Below, one piece after another: positions 12,286-25,450 of a stretch of DNA of 64,000 bases; position 1 is the first letter of the stretch; each line of letters begins with the position of its first letter. The translations under genes and the position numbers were made by a program. Where the stretch lies: contig OX597827.1 in the NCBI GenBank assembly GCA_951406725.2, positions 12,090,001-12,154,000 of the forward strand, read 5' to 3'. The stretch is from Octopus vulgaris (Eukaryota). The notes beneath the pieces were generated by a model. That model made no database searches. It saw only the letters and a list, made by a program, of their open reading frames with translations, and was not told where the DNA came from.

Positions 12286-13280
12286 ATACATACTTTTTCA
12301 CTGGAGAAAGAAAGAGATTTAATAGGACTTGAGTGCTAAGTGTTTAATGACATGAACACTGGTTCAGTTCTGATAGCATATAAGCTACCTCCTTTTTTTT
12401 GTTGGGTAGGGAGACTGGTTGCTCATTATTCGATGTAATTAATCATCTTCCTTCTGAAAGAAACATGTTCTCAAACATCAATTCTTAATTTTCTGTTATT
12501 TTTAATCAAAAACACCAAAGTAAACTTAATATATTATTTTATAATATATTATTATTATTATTTTTTTTTTTAAACTTACAACAACACTAATATCTATACT
12601 CTGGAAGTTTCAAGATTCTATCTCTTAGAAATTATTACAGAAAATATTAAATTTCTCATGTTAAGATGTTGTATGCCTATATTCATTTGATGGGTTTTTA
12701 AAATTTTTGTTGAAGTTTTTATTATTATTCTCATCTTCCAGATGAAATATAGATGGCTATGTCAAATATTGATTTCTTACATAAGCACATTGTTTCAGAT
12801 TTATAGGAGAAGGGAGAACCAAACAATATGAAAAATCAAATTGCTCAAATTCTCATGATGACCCAGTCTTAAGCAACAAGGTCAATATTGAATATAAAAG
12901 GATTTTAATATCCTCTGTCTTCAATAATGCCCTTAGATATCCATAATTTTGTTGCAAAATTGACGCACCCTTTTTCTTAATATTGCTGGTAAATAGAAAT
13001 GTAGAATGTGAATGATTTATATTTAGGAAACGAATGGCAGATTCTCAGAATGACATCATCATCTACATCATCGCTTTAGTGTTGAATTCTCCATAGCCAC
13101 ATGGGTTAGATGGAATTTGTTGAAGCAGGGTTTCTGTAGCAGGATGCCCTTCCTGTCAACAACCCTCACCTTACTCCAAGCAAGGTAATATTTCCCCAAG
13201 GCCTGACACGTTTCAGAAGTTTGGAAATAAAGAACCTTAATTGAATGATAGTGATACTCATAACTATCATGTGATATCCT

Positions 13281-13488
13281 TTTCTACTCTAGGCACAAGG
13301 GCTGAAAATTTGGGGGAGGGGGCCAGTCGATTAGATCGGCCTCAGTATGCAACTGGTACTTAATGTATCAAGAACGAAAGTAGGAAAGGCAAAGTCGACC
13401 TTGGTGGAATTTAAACTCAGAATGTAAAGACAGATGAAATACCGCTAAGCATTTCGCCCATGCTAATGTTTTTGCCAGCTCGCCGCCT
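13281..13488 (-). mobile_element. SINE family B (GGCGGCGAGCTGGCA head, gcctttcatcctttc...aagtaccag central domain)
   Basis: Reverse complement matches the copies at 15258, 32891, 39783 and 57221. From memory, the central domain resembles the MetaSINE conserved domain. Confidence 0.7.
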
Positions 13489-13912
13489 TAACTATCATGT
13501 AACATCAAAACAAGCTGACACTAACACAAGCATGCATGCACATGCATATATATGCATACACAGACAACACACACATGGCTGCAGTCAAATGACTGAAACA
13601 AGTAAAAGAGAGTAAAAGAGAGATATATTTCACAGACTTTGTCATATGCTTTCATTTGTAACCCCTAGTAAGAGTTTTGTATGCTTTGCATCTTCTTGAG
13701 GCTTTGGGACTGATAAAGAAAGGAGTATTGTTATCATCATCCTCATCATCATTATTCAGCAGTCTTATCACTGGCTTTCACTGCACTAGTGAGCACAGCT
13801 CTGTGTGCTTTGAATATATGCTGTGGTTTGTTGTGATGCTCTTATTTTTACTGTGTTGAAAGTGTTCTACATGGGATGTATGCAGAACGTAGTACTGCTT
13901 TTTTTTTTTGTA

Positions 13913-14482
13913 TTACTCTTTACTCTTTTACTCTTTTACTTGTTTCAGTCATTTGACTGCGGCCATGCTGGAGCACCGCCTTTAATCGAGCAACTCGACC
14001 CCGGGACTTATTCTTTTGTAAGCCCCGTACTTATTCTATCGGTCTCTTTTGCCGAACTGCTAAGTAACGGGGACATTTACACACCAGCATCGGTTGTCAA
14101 GCAATGCGAGGGGGACAAACACAGACACACAAACACACACACACATATATATATCATGATCATCATCATCATCATCATCGTTTAGCGCCCGTTTTCCATG
14201 CTAGCATGGGTTGGACGGTTCTACTGGGGTCTGTGAAGCCAGAAGGCTTCATCAGGCCCAGTCAAATCTGGCAGTGTTTCTACGGCTGGATGCCCTTCCT
14301 AACGCCATACATATATACGACGGGCTTCTTTTCAGTTTCCGTCTACCAAATCCACTCACAAGGCTTTGGTCGGCCCGAGGCTATAGTAGAAGACACTTGT
14401 CCAAGGTGCCACGCAGTGGGACTGAACCCGGAACTATGTGGTTGGTAAAGAAGCTACTTACCACACAGCCACTCCTGCGCCT
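13913..14482 (-). mobile_element. SINE family A with a family D tail (14155-14306) inserted in its internal microsatellite
   Basis: Reverse complement of family A, split by the reverse complement of the (GAT)n-tailed repeat. Confidence 0.85.
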
Positions 14483-14781
14483 ATGTAATATATACTTGTT
14501 AGTCCTGGAGTTTTTGTTATGTCTGAATATTTCTTTTATCATACGTAATACACCTACTATTATAGGAATTGTTTCTGTCTTAAGACTCCACATTCAAGTA
14601 ACGTCTATTTCTAGGTCTTTGTATTTTGAAAGTTTCTCCGTTTCTTTTAGAGAAACATTGTCATCTGTTGGTAGTGTACGTCAATTAGACAATATTTTTT
14701 TTCTTGGTGATCTCTTACAACTACATCCGGCCTACTGGCCTTCATATCTCTATCTGTGTGTATTGGAATATCTCAGAGTAT

Positions 14782-15143
14782 GGAGGCGCAATGGCCCAGT
14801 CGTAGGATTGCGGTTTCGATTCCCAGACTGGGCGTTGTGAGTGTTTATTGAGCGAAAGCACCTAAAGCTCCACGAGGCTCCGGCAGGGATGGTGGTGATC
14901 CCTGCTGTACTCTTTCACCACAACTTTCTCTCACTCTTTCTTCTTGTTTCTGTTGTACCTGTATTTCAAAGGGCCGGCCTTGTCACTCACTGTGTCACGC
15001 TGAATATTCCCGAGAACTACGTTAAGGGTACACGTGTCTGTGGAGTGCTCAGCCACTTACACGTTAATTTCACAAGCAGGCTGTTCCGTTGATCGGATCA
15101 ATCAGAACCCTCGTCGTCGTAACCGACGAAGTGCTTCCATTCC
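14782..15143 (+). mobile_element. tRNA-derived SINE family C with a 12-bp TSD
   Basis: GGAGGCGCAATGGCCCAGT...GGTTTCGATTCCC head. TSD atctcagagtat at 14770-14781 and 15144-15155. Confidence 0.85.
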
Positions 15144-15257
15144 ATCTCAGAGTATAGTTGCTTTCTCATTTTCTGTGACCGTTTCTGGTGTGTGCCTATA
15201 CCATCTTTTTCTGTTGTTATTCCATTATTATTGTTGTTGTTGTTATTATTATTATCA

Positions 15258-15475
15258 CGGTGGTGAGCTGGGAGAATAGCTAGCATGCCTGGTGAGATGC
15301 TTAGTGATATTTCGTCTGCTGCTATGTTCTGAGATCAAATTCTGCTGAGGTCGACTTTGCATTTCATTCTTTCAGGTGTCAATAAATTAAGTACCAGTGA
15401 AACACTGGGGTCAATGTAACTGACTAGTCCCCTCCTCACCAAATTTCAGGCCTTGTGCCTATAATAGAAAAGATT
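15258..15475 (+). mobile_element. SINE family B
   Basis: ggtggtgagctgg head, gtcgactttgc...aagtaccag domain and an (att)n tail. Confidence 0.7.
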
Positions 15476-15496
15476 ATTATTATTATTATTATTATT

Positions 15497-15939
15497 GAGT
15501 GAGAGAGCAGTTCATGCCATCAAAGTGACACTGGGGTAAAATATACGAAGCCCAATATACCCATCATGACTACCCGTCTGATAAGGGCATACCAGGCACA
15601 TGCATCACAACCATATGTGCGCGGCATGGTGATCTCATATCAAGATAAACTGCACATGACCTTGCAGGTGGGGCCCAGTTAGAATTTTCTTCAGGTTGAG
15701 TAGCCCATCCCGCTCAAACGGTCCCTGAATAAGGGTTGTTTAAGGATGTTGAAAAACCCACCCATGTCTCCAGAGGTGAATTATTCAAACCCCAAAGAAT
15801 CCCTCTCAACACATGGCTATGATGCTCCCCCACTACTTCTGTTCGTGATCAGAGATGCACATATCGTCAGCCACTAAGGGACATGCTCAACTGGTTAAAG
15901 TCAAACAACTGACAAGCAAATCTGTGGTATTGAGCAGAA

Positions 15940-15942
<3 letters not shown>
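15497..15942. mobile_element. Non-coding interspersed repeat inserted in (ATT)n (family E)
   Basis: Reverse complement of ~21002-21436, with (att)n on both sides. Confidence 0.75.
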
Positions 15943-16009
<67 letters not shown>

Positions 16010-16015
16010 TTTATT

Positions 16016-16305
16016 ATTCCATGTTTGACTTTTGCTTTACATTTGCACAAGTTGGCTCCAAGTCTCATCCAGAGACCTCAAGAGACAACAAGTTGGAAGT
16101 TCATGTTGGTGTTATGTCTAGGGTGCCATATATTTGGTTTTGTACTTAGTGTTGTACTGGTGACTGTCTAAAAAAACCATACAAAAATTATGTTTGTTTT
16201 AAAATTTGAGATTACATAGAAAGTATTTTGCATAGGACATGAGCAGTTCCCATGAGCACTATCTTTTGAATTTCTGCCATTTTGGGGTTTCCTGGCATCT
16301 GAGAT
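16016..16305 (-). mobile_element. R4/Dong-type LINE 3' end (ORF C-terminus, 3' UTR and (AAT)n)
   Basis: The minus strand encodes QMPGNPKMAEIQKIVLMGTAHVLCKILSM*. Homologous to 22118-22470. Confidence 0.75.
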
Positions 16306-16699
16306 TGGGTTCTCTTCTGTGTTATGACTTTTATTTGATTTCAGAATTTTTCCTCATCTTAATGTATTTGCATTATCAATAATCAGTTGTTTATCATTTC
16401 ACATAAATTTGAATCAAAGGAGCAATTCTAAAAGAAGAATTGGTCCTTAGCTCTCAAAGGGACAAAGACCAAAATTGATCTTAGTGGTATTTATCATGTT
16501 ATTAAGACACCCAAATTCTATGAGTCACTTATGGCATTGATGTGGCTTTCTTATGTGAAGGAAGATATCCATCTATTGATGGACATCTTTGAATTGAGAG
16601 TTTACCATAAAACAGATGCAAACATGACCTTATGTATATCATTAGTAAAGCATGAATCTGAAAAAGAAACACACTCTAAGTTATAGAGCAATATATAAA

Positions 16700-17390
16700 T
16701 ATAAATAAATTTAGATAAGGCTGGATTATGGGATCACCCTGGGTTTCATGTCCATAAAGTATTTAGATTTACGGTATATCAACTCCTAAAACCTGTTGGC
16801 TTAAGGCCTCTCTAGCAAGAAGCCTCTTTAGAATATGGAGGAGGAAAGGATCTTGCTACTCAATGTCAACAACAGGGTATTCTCTCTCTTTGGCTATCAA
16901 TTGCCAGTAACCCTGTTATCCTGTGGGTTCCAGTAGGCCTGCAGGAATTTTCTAAAATGCAAGCATGGTGAGAAGACCTCTGTTCTGGAGTTAAGGATGT
17001 TTCCTGGGTTGAGGGAGTCCTTTAGAATCCTCACCCATTCTGGTATGCATAGTTTACAGCACTTGGTCCTGTTTATGTAGTGGTCTGGATTTTCTGGGAT
17101 TTTCCATGATACTGAGTATGGAATCCCATCATCTTTCAGCTGCCATACATGGCTGGATAATGATGTAATGTATCTCCTTTCTGGTATCCTGAAACCAAAG
17201 GGAGACAAACCCCTCTTGCTGACATTGAGTAGCAAGGTACTTTCCTCTTCCATATTCTAGAGAGGCCACTAACCAGAGAGCCCTTAAGCCAGTAGGTTTT
17301 TGGATCTGATATTAAACTGTAAAGTTGAATGCTTTATGGACAGAAAACCCAGGGTAATCCTATAAACCAGCCTCATCTAACTTTATTTAT

Positions 17391-17391
<1 letters not shown>
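16700..17391 (-). mobile_element. Penelope-like element remnant: GIY-YIG C-terminus flanked by ~200-bp inverted pLTR-like arms
   Basis: ORF 16897-17253 (-) contains TSLSSHVWQLKDDGIPYSVSWKI...Y...KCCKLC..E...IL......LNSRTEVFSPCLHFRK, the typical PLE endonuclease C-terminal pattern. 16700-16897 and ~17190-17391 are diverged inverted repeats. Confidence 0.8.
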
Positions 17392-17435
<44 letters not shown>

Positions 17436-17606
17436 TTTTCCAAAATGGAGGTGAAAACATTTCTCTATGTGATCTGCTTGAAAAATTGTTAAGTTACTTG
17501 GAAATTTTCCCACTCTCCTTAACATGAAACCAGTGAGAGCCTTAATTCACAAATAAAAAATTATTTATCCATAAATGAGGTGATGAGCACTCTTTCCAAC
17601 GTTCTA

Positions 17607-17668
<62 letters not shown>

Positions 17669-18489
17669 TATATGCAGACTTTAGGTTAGTTAAATTATAT
17701 TTGTGACATATTTCACTTTCTAAAGGCAGACTCACTGCAGTTATTGTGGAGAAAACAAATTTTAATATATGATAAAAGGTGTAGAAGCACCATATCTACT
17801 CAGTACTGCCCCCTATCAGATTCCCAGATGCATTTCTATATGCTTATATGTGTGTGAGTGAGAGAGAGAGAGAGAAAGAAAGAGAAATTGTGTATGTGTG
17901 TGTGTATGTGTGTGTGTGTGGACATACGCATTTATATAGATATACATATGTGTATTAAAGATATTAATGTCAGCAAAAAATCCTCAAAACTGGTAGATTT
18001 TTCAAATGAAATACCCAGCGATATTTGTTCTGCTCAAGTTGAACAATGATCCCTTGTCACTGACACTATCATAAATACAGTGAACCAAACAGTGTGATAC
18101 TGTAAACCAGTAACTAATGAAGCTTTAGTCAAAAATCTAATATAACAAAATAAATAAATACAATAATACAATATTGTTCAACTGCTTCCAAATTAGGCTG
18201 TAACTATATATATATATATAATAAATCTCCGAGCGAGGTATATATGTATATATATATATATCACCAAGAAATACAAACTTTCTTAGAAAGGTTGTGAAAA
18301 ATATAATAACTTGGGATGCTTAAATACTTGCCAGAAGCTATAGAATAGATAGACACATATGTACCAAGGCAGAACAATTTTCAAATCCCCTGAGCAAGAT
18401 ATTTAATCACTGGAAGTGCACAAAGACTCAATACATAAGACATTTTATATATGTATATATATACATATATACACATATATTTATTTTTT

Positions 18490-18546
<57 letters not shown>

Positions 18547-18864
18547 TATAGTTGAGATTGAGAAAATTACTACAGTTGGTATGTATGTAGAAGAAAAAAA
18601 AATGGGAGCTTATGATGTGATTAGGCTGGTTGAAGTGGCATAGTTTAAGGAAGAGCTAAGAAATTAATCAAAGTGAATTTCGAATAAATCTGATTTCAAC
18701 TACAGTAGGGACAAAAGAATGAGACATTAAATTTCTAGGTGTGGAAAATACACCTTACACTGATTTCAATGATTCTCCATAAACAAAATTAATGAGAAAA
18801 GGGGCTACTCAACAAAAGTGATTATTTAATTTATATATACATACATACACACACATACATACAA

Positions 18865-18908
<44 letters not shown>

Positions 18909-19449
18909 GGATAGATAGATAGATAGATAGGTATATCTTCTCTCTCTGCATGGATATATGTACACATGTATGTATGTATGTATGTATGTATGTATGTATG
19001 TATGTATGTATGTATGTATGTATGTATGTATGTATGTATGTATGTATGTATGTATGTATGTATGTGTGTATATGTATGTATTGTATGTCAGGTTAGCAAT
19101 GTACAGATGGATGGATGTTTAGATTTCTATATATACCTGTATGTGTGGAATGTGTTGTATGTATGTTTCTCAGTATGCATGTATAATATATATATATATG
19201 TATACACAAACATCAATATGCTGTGATATATTATGTATATCTATTTTACATACATGTTTTTATGTGTGTGTGTGTACATATGTATATCTACCTATCTACT
19301 ATTTTTTCAACATATACTCTCAAACCTCTTTGTAATTCTGTATCTCACAGTACACAAACACATATATACACACACATACTGTGCATACCTACATGTTCAC
19401 AATATTAAGCACATATAGTTATAAGAAAACGTTCATATATACACATATC

Positions 19450-19481
<32 letters not shown>

Positions 19482-19663
19482 CATACATACATACATACAT
19501 ACATACATACATACATACATGCATGTGTACATACATATGAGTGTGTAATGTCTGTATGCATATACTTCTCATTTCCAAATTTTAATATTATATTCATATT
19601 GGGATTAAGCAATTTTTTCTTTATTTGTCAATTTGATATTATAGAATTCTCCTTACGTATATT

Positions 19664-19751
<88 letters not shown>

Positions 19752-19804
19752 GTAGGTAGATAGATAGATAGATAGATAGATAGGTAGGTAGGTAGGTAGG
19801 TAGG

Positions 19805-19859
<55 letters not shown>

Positions 19860-20456
19860 GTAGGTAGGGAGGGAGGTAGGTTGGTTGATATGTAGGTAGG
19901 TAGATTGATTGATAGATATGGATATGAATATGTATATACAAACATATACATATCAATAAATACACACATGCATACACACACACATATCCATATACTTACT
20001 TGTGTATATACATATACATGTATATATATTTAGCTACGTATATGTACATATGTATGTGTGTGTGTGTACGTATACATCTACACACATATGCACATATATA
20101 TATATATATATATCTGTATGTATTATATCCACAGACACATACACATATACATGCAAATGCTCACCCCACACACATGAGACTGTAAAATTTCATTGGGCGT
20201 ATATATTTGTTGACACATAATGATACAGACATTCACACATGTGATGTCTTCCATACGTATGTATTAAAATGTACGCATTCCTCAATTTGAGATATTAATA
20301 ATAAATTCATGTATGGATTAATCAATTTTTTTTTATTTTCAATTTTCAATTTGACATTAATCAATTCTTCATTTTTTTCTTCTTGTCTCACTCATTTGCT
20401 CAGTTCTCGATTCCTAGCAATTATATACATACATATATATACATATATAAATATAC

Positions 20457-20506
<50 letters not shown>

Positions 20507-20545
20507 ATATATATATACACGACAGTGATGATGATGATGATTATG

Positions 20546-20585
<40 letters not shown>

Positions 20586-20592
20586 CACATAC

Positions 20593-20632
<40 letters not shown>

Positions 20633-20685
20633 CTATCTATCTATCTATCTATATAGATATATGTATGTATGTATATTTATGTATG

Positions 20686-20716
<31 letters not shown>

Positions 20717-20843
20717 TATTTATATATGTACATATATATGTATATATTTACACATATATATCCACACACACATACATACGCATGCATATAATCTTAATGA
20801 TAATATAATAATAACAACAACAACAACCATAATAATAATAATG

Positions 20844-20889
<46 letters not shown>

Positions 20890-21436
20890 TAAATGCCCTG
20901 ATGCAGTACCAGGCATTGGCTCTCATGGCTTCTGATCTTAACTGATTGGAAGTGTTATCATGTACATTGTTTTGTCTTGGTATAAAAGATGGGCTACAGC
21001 AAATATTCTGCTCAGTACCACAGATTTGCTTGTCAGTTGTTTGACCTTAACCAGTTGAGCATGTCCCTTAGTGGCTGACGATATGTGCATCTCTGATCAC
21101 GAGCAGAAGTAGTGGGGGAGCATCATAGCCATGTGTTGAGAGGGATTCTTTGGGGTTTGAATAGTTCACCTCTGGAAACATGGGTGGTTCTTTCAACATC
21201 CTTAAACAACCCTTATTCAGGGACCTTTTGAGCGGGATGGGCTACTCAACCTGAAGAAAATTCTAACTGGGCCCCACCTGCAAGGTCATGTGCTGTTTAT
21301 CTTGATATGAGATCACCATGTCGCGCACATATGGTTGTGATGCATGTGCCTGGTGTACCTTTGTTGGACGGGTAGTCATGATGGGTATATTGGGCTTCGT
21401 ATATTTTACCATACCAGTGTCACTTTTATGGCATGC
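20890..21436. mobile_element. Family E repeat inserted in (AAT)n with a long flanking duplication
   Basis: Inverted homolog of 15497-15942. tcttaatgataatataataataacaac is duplicated at 20792-20818 and 21437-21463. Confidence 0.75.
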
Positions 21437-21470
21437 TCTTAATGATAATATAATAATAACAACTCACCAT

Positions 21471-21506
<36 letters not shown>

Positions 21507-22083
21507 CAATAATAATAATAATCCTTTCTACTATAGGCACAAGGCCCGAAATTTTGCTGGAGGGGGCTAGTTGTTTACATCGACCCCCAGTACTCAGCTG
21601 GTACTTATTTCATCGACCACAAAAGGATGAAACGCAAAGTTAATAATAATAGATGAACTGAAATTCTAGGGGACAGGCTTAGTTGATTATATTGACCCCA
21701 GAGTGCTCAACAGATCCTTATTTTATAGATTCCAAGAAGATGAACAGCAAAGTCAGTCTCAGCAAGGTTTGGACTCAGAGTATAAAACCACAAAAAAATC
21801 CTGCAAGGCACTTTGGTGGGTCCCCTAATGATTCTGCCATCTCACAGCCTTAATATTAATAATAATGCATTTAAAATTTGGCAGTAATTTCCGGAGAGGG
21901 GCCAAATCGATTAGATTCGACTCAGTAAGCAACTGGTACTTATTTTATCGATCCCAAGTGGATGAAAGCAAAGTTGTCTGTCCATGGCAGAATTTGAGCT
22001 CCGAACACGAAGATGGAAGAAATAGTACTAAGCTAATGATTCTGCCAGCTTGCAGGCCTAACAACAACAACAATAATAATAAC

Positions 22084-22117
<34 letters not shown>

Positions 22118-22466
22118 GGGAATGATAGCAAAAGGGGCTGATAGCTACCTAACTCAGATACCAGGAAACCCAAAAATGGCAGAAATTCAAAAGATAGTGC
22201 TCATGGGAACTGCTCATATCCTACACAAAATACTTTCTATGTAATCTCAAGGTTTAAAACAAACATAATTTTCGGTTTAAAAAAAAAAAAAAAATTTTTT
22301 ATTTTTTTTTTTTAGACATTCATTAGTACAACACCAAAAACTCCCCCCCCAAATATATGGCACACTAGGCATAACAGCAGCATGAACTTCCAACCTGTTG
22401 TCTCTTGAGGTCTCTGGGTGAGACTTGGAGCCAACTTGTACAAATATAAAGCAAAACTCAAACATA

Positions 22467-22470
<4 letters not shown>
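22118..22470 (+). mobile_element. R4/Dong-type LINE 3' end in (AAT)n
   Basis: 22119-22244 encodes GMIAKGADSYLTQIPGNPKMAEIQKIVLMGTAHILHKILSM*, matching the 'QK..L.GTAHILR..L*' R4-type terminus. (aat)n lies on both sides. Confidence 0.8.
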
Positions 22471-22499
<29 letters not shown>

Positions 22500-22935
22500 T
22501 GATGATGATAATAACCTTAATTGAATTAATCCTCAGTACATAGTTATAGACAATGAGTAGGCAGAATAATTTATTAAATATCTCGCAGTATTTGTTCTGG
22601 TTCCTTGAACTCCGAAATCAAATCTTGCTGTGGTTAACTATACCTTTTCCTTTCAAAGAGAGAGTGAGTTGATGAAAAAATACAAATCCAGCAAGGTGAG
22701 TTGGCAAAAATGTAAGAATATCAAACCAGATACCTTGCAGTAGTATTTGTTTCATTCTCTGATTTTTTAGTAAAACTGCTAAATTTTCCAATCTTCAAGC
22801 CTGGCGTAGTAGATAAGACGAATCTTTGAAACAAAGGATGGCACAAAATAGCTGTGTGGAACTAAAAGAAGGGTGCTTCCTACAAAAGGCCTACCGTATG
22901 TGTCCCAGAAAATGAATGAAAACCTATGTACCTGA

Positions 22936-23323
22936 TGGAAGCACTCCTTTGGTTACGACGTCGAGGGTTCCGGTTGATCCGATCAATGGAACAGCCTGCT
23001 CGTAAAATTAACGTGTAAGTGGCTGAGCACTCCACAGACACGTGTACCCTTAACGTAGTTCTCGGGGATATTCAGCGTGACACAGAGAGTGACAAGGCCG
23101 GCCCTTTGAAATACAGGTACAACAGAAACAGGAAGTAAGAGTGAGAGAAAGTTGTGGTGAAAGAGTACAGCAGGGATCACCACCATCCCCTGCCGGGGCC
23201 TCGTGGAGCTTTTAGGTGTTTTTGCTCAATAAACACTCACAACGCCCGGTCTGTGAATCGAAACCGCGATCCTACGACCGCGAGTCCACTGCCTTAACCA
23301 CTGGGCCATTGTGCCTCCACAGT
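22936..23323 (-). mobile_element. SINE family C, full length, with a 12-bp TSD
   Basis: Reverse complement of family C with an intact tRNA-like head. TSD ctatgtacctga at 22924-22935 and 23324-23335. Confidence 0.85.
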
Positions 23324-24144
23324 CTATGTACCTGAGAGAATGGATAAATGGAGGCATATATTCCCTATAAAAATGAATGAATGAAATATGGTTTGTGCAC
23401 ATTTTATTGACTCCAGATAAAGTTAAGATGATATCAAACTCCACCAGAATTTGAACTTAGAATGCAGAGGAATAAAACTAAGAACTGTACTGTAAGTTGC
23501 TCTTCAATTACTTCCACTTCACCATTTTCAATGTATTATTAATATTGTCATGTTTTATGTTTGAAAAGAAAAGAGGGAAAAAAAATTACAGCAGCATTCA
23601 TAACTCTTCTGTCAATATGTTGTGTATTGGTGCCGTGATTTTAAAATAGATTTTTTCCCCACTTAATATCTGCTAGAAATATAACAAATGCCCTTTTAGG
23701 TGATTTTTGAGGTAGTGGTTGCATAAGGAAGGGGAAGAGGTAAAAAAAATGGAAGCCATGGATTTTAAAGAATAAAAAGCTGCTGGAATTCAAAAAGTAT
23801 GGTTAATTAAAAATGTGATGGATGCAGTGAGCTTGACTCACATCTGTATGTGTGTGTGTATGTGTGTTTGTATTTGTGTGTGTTTGTATTTGTGTGTGCA
23901 TGCACGTGTGTACATGTGTGTGTCTATGCATAAATATATATGCATATGCATATATATGTGTATGTGTGTATGAACATATGTATGTATGAATGTATGCATG
24001 TGATTGCTTATGTGTACACGAATATGCATTTAAATATATGCATACATGTATAAGTTTAAATTTATACATTTATATATTTGTATACATATGTATACAAACA
24101 CACACACACACATATATATATAGAGAGAGAGTGAGAGTGAAAGA

Positions 24145-24184
<40 letters not shown>

Positions 24185-24187
<3 letters not shown>

Positions 24188-24241
24188 TCGTAGATATATA
24201 TAAATTCGTGTATGTATATCTGTGTGTGTGTATATATATAT

Positions 24242-24288
<47 letters not shown>

Positions 24289-24300
24289 CATACACATGTG

Positions 24301-24332
<32 letters not shown>

Positions 24333-24389
24333 TATACATAGATATATATAAATTCGTGTATGTATATCTGTGTGTGTGTATATATATAT

Positions 24390-24436
<47 letters not shown>

Positions 24437-24448
24437 CATACACATGTG

Positions 24449-24480
<32 letters not shown>

Positions 24481-24537
24481 TATACATAGATATATATAAA
24501 TTCGTGTATGTATATCTGTGTGTGTGTATATATATAT

Positions 24538-24578
<41 letters not shown>

Positions 24579-24620
24579 CATACACATGTGTATATATATA
24601 TGTATATATATATATATATG
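24185..24620. repeat. Three tandem copies of a 148-bp microsatellite-derived unit
   Basis: The anchor aattcgtg occurs at 24203, 24351 and 24499. Confidence 0.85.
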
Positions 24621-24859
24621 TATGTATGTATATAATGTCAGTCTATGTATGTATGTGTGTTGTGTGTGTAATAATAGATTTCAAAAGAACAAAAGAGAAA
24701 TATAAAGTAAAGAGGGGAATATTGGATACTTGAAGTGACATGTATTTAAGGAGAGCTGAGAGATAAATCATATTGGATTCACAATTTATATATTTATTGA
24801 TAATTATAAAAAAGTTGAGCTTACGACGATTTTTAATCCCACATATCAGCAGGGTGATG

Positions 24860-24885
24860 AGGATTATGATGACAACGACGACAAC

Positions 24886-24919
<34 letters not shown>

Positions 24920-24961
24920 ATGATGATGACGATGATTATGATGGAGATGGTGGTGATGGTA

Positions 24962-24999
<38 letters not shown>

Positions 25000-25089
25000 G
25001 ACATCGATGCCAATGTTACCAGTGCTGGCAACGATGTGTCTGTGTCTGTGGTGGCAGTGATGATGATGGTGATCATGATGATGATGATG

Positions 25090-25121
<32 letters not shown>

Positions 25122-25450
25122 GATGATTATGATGATGATTATGATGATGGTGATGACAACAACAATAATGATGAAGATGATGATGGTGATAATGGTGGTG
25201 GTGGTGATGATGTTGATGATGATGATGATGATGATGATTATGATGATGGTGATGACAACAACGATAATGATGATGAAGATGATGATGGTGATAATGGTGG
25301 TGGTGGTGATGATGTTGATGATGATGATGATGATGATGATTATGATGATGGTGATGATGATGGTGATGACAACAACAATAATGATGAAGATGATGATGGT
25401 GGTGGTGGTGATGATGATGACGATGATGACGATTATGACGATGACGACTA
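24860..25450. repeat. (GAT)n/(GGT)n compound array with an internal inverted (CAT)n block
   Basis: Direct reading; the CAT block is at ~25091-25121. Confidence 0.9.

Larger units (their letters stand above)
13757..15225 (-). pseudogene. 5'-truncated R4/Dong-type non-LTR retrotransposon (restriction-like endonuclease C-terminus), interrupted by two SINEs
   Basis: Joining across the insertions gives KRWYRHTPETVTENEKATIL*DIPIHTDRDMKASRPDVVVRDHQEKKYCLIDV/PTDDNVSLKETEKLSKYKDLEIDVT*MWSLKTETIPIIVGVL...KAVLRSAYIPCRTL. This carries the PD..D..E.EK..KY RLE motif and the R4-type terminus, with stops and frameshifts. Confidence 0.8.

Noticed and set aside
18550-18830. Possible further PLE or hammerhead remnant (minus-strand ...ggagaatcattgaaatcagtgtaagg)
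   Set aside because: The CUGANGA half is absent and the sequence is too decayed to support a call.
23708-23729. let-7-like sequence tgaggtagtggttgcataagg
   Set aside because: There is no complementary arm upstream or downstream, so no pre-miRNA hairpin forms.
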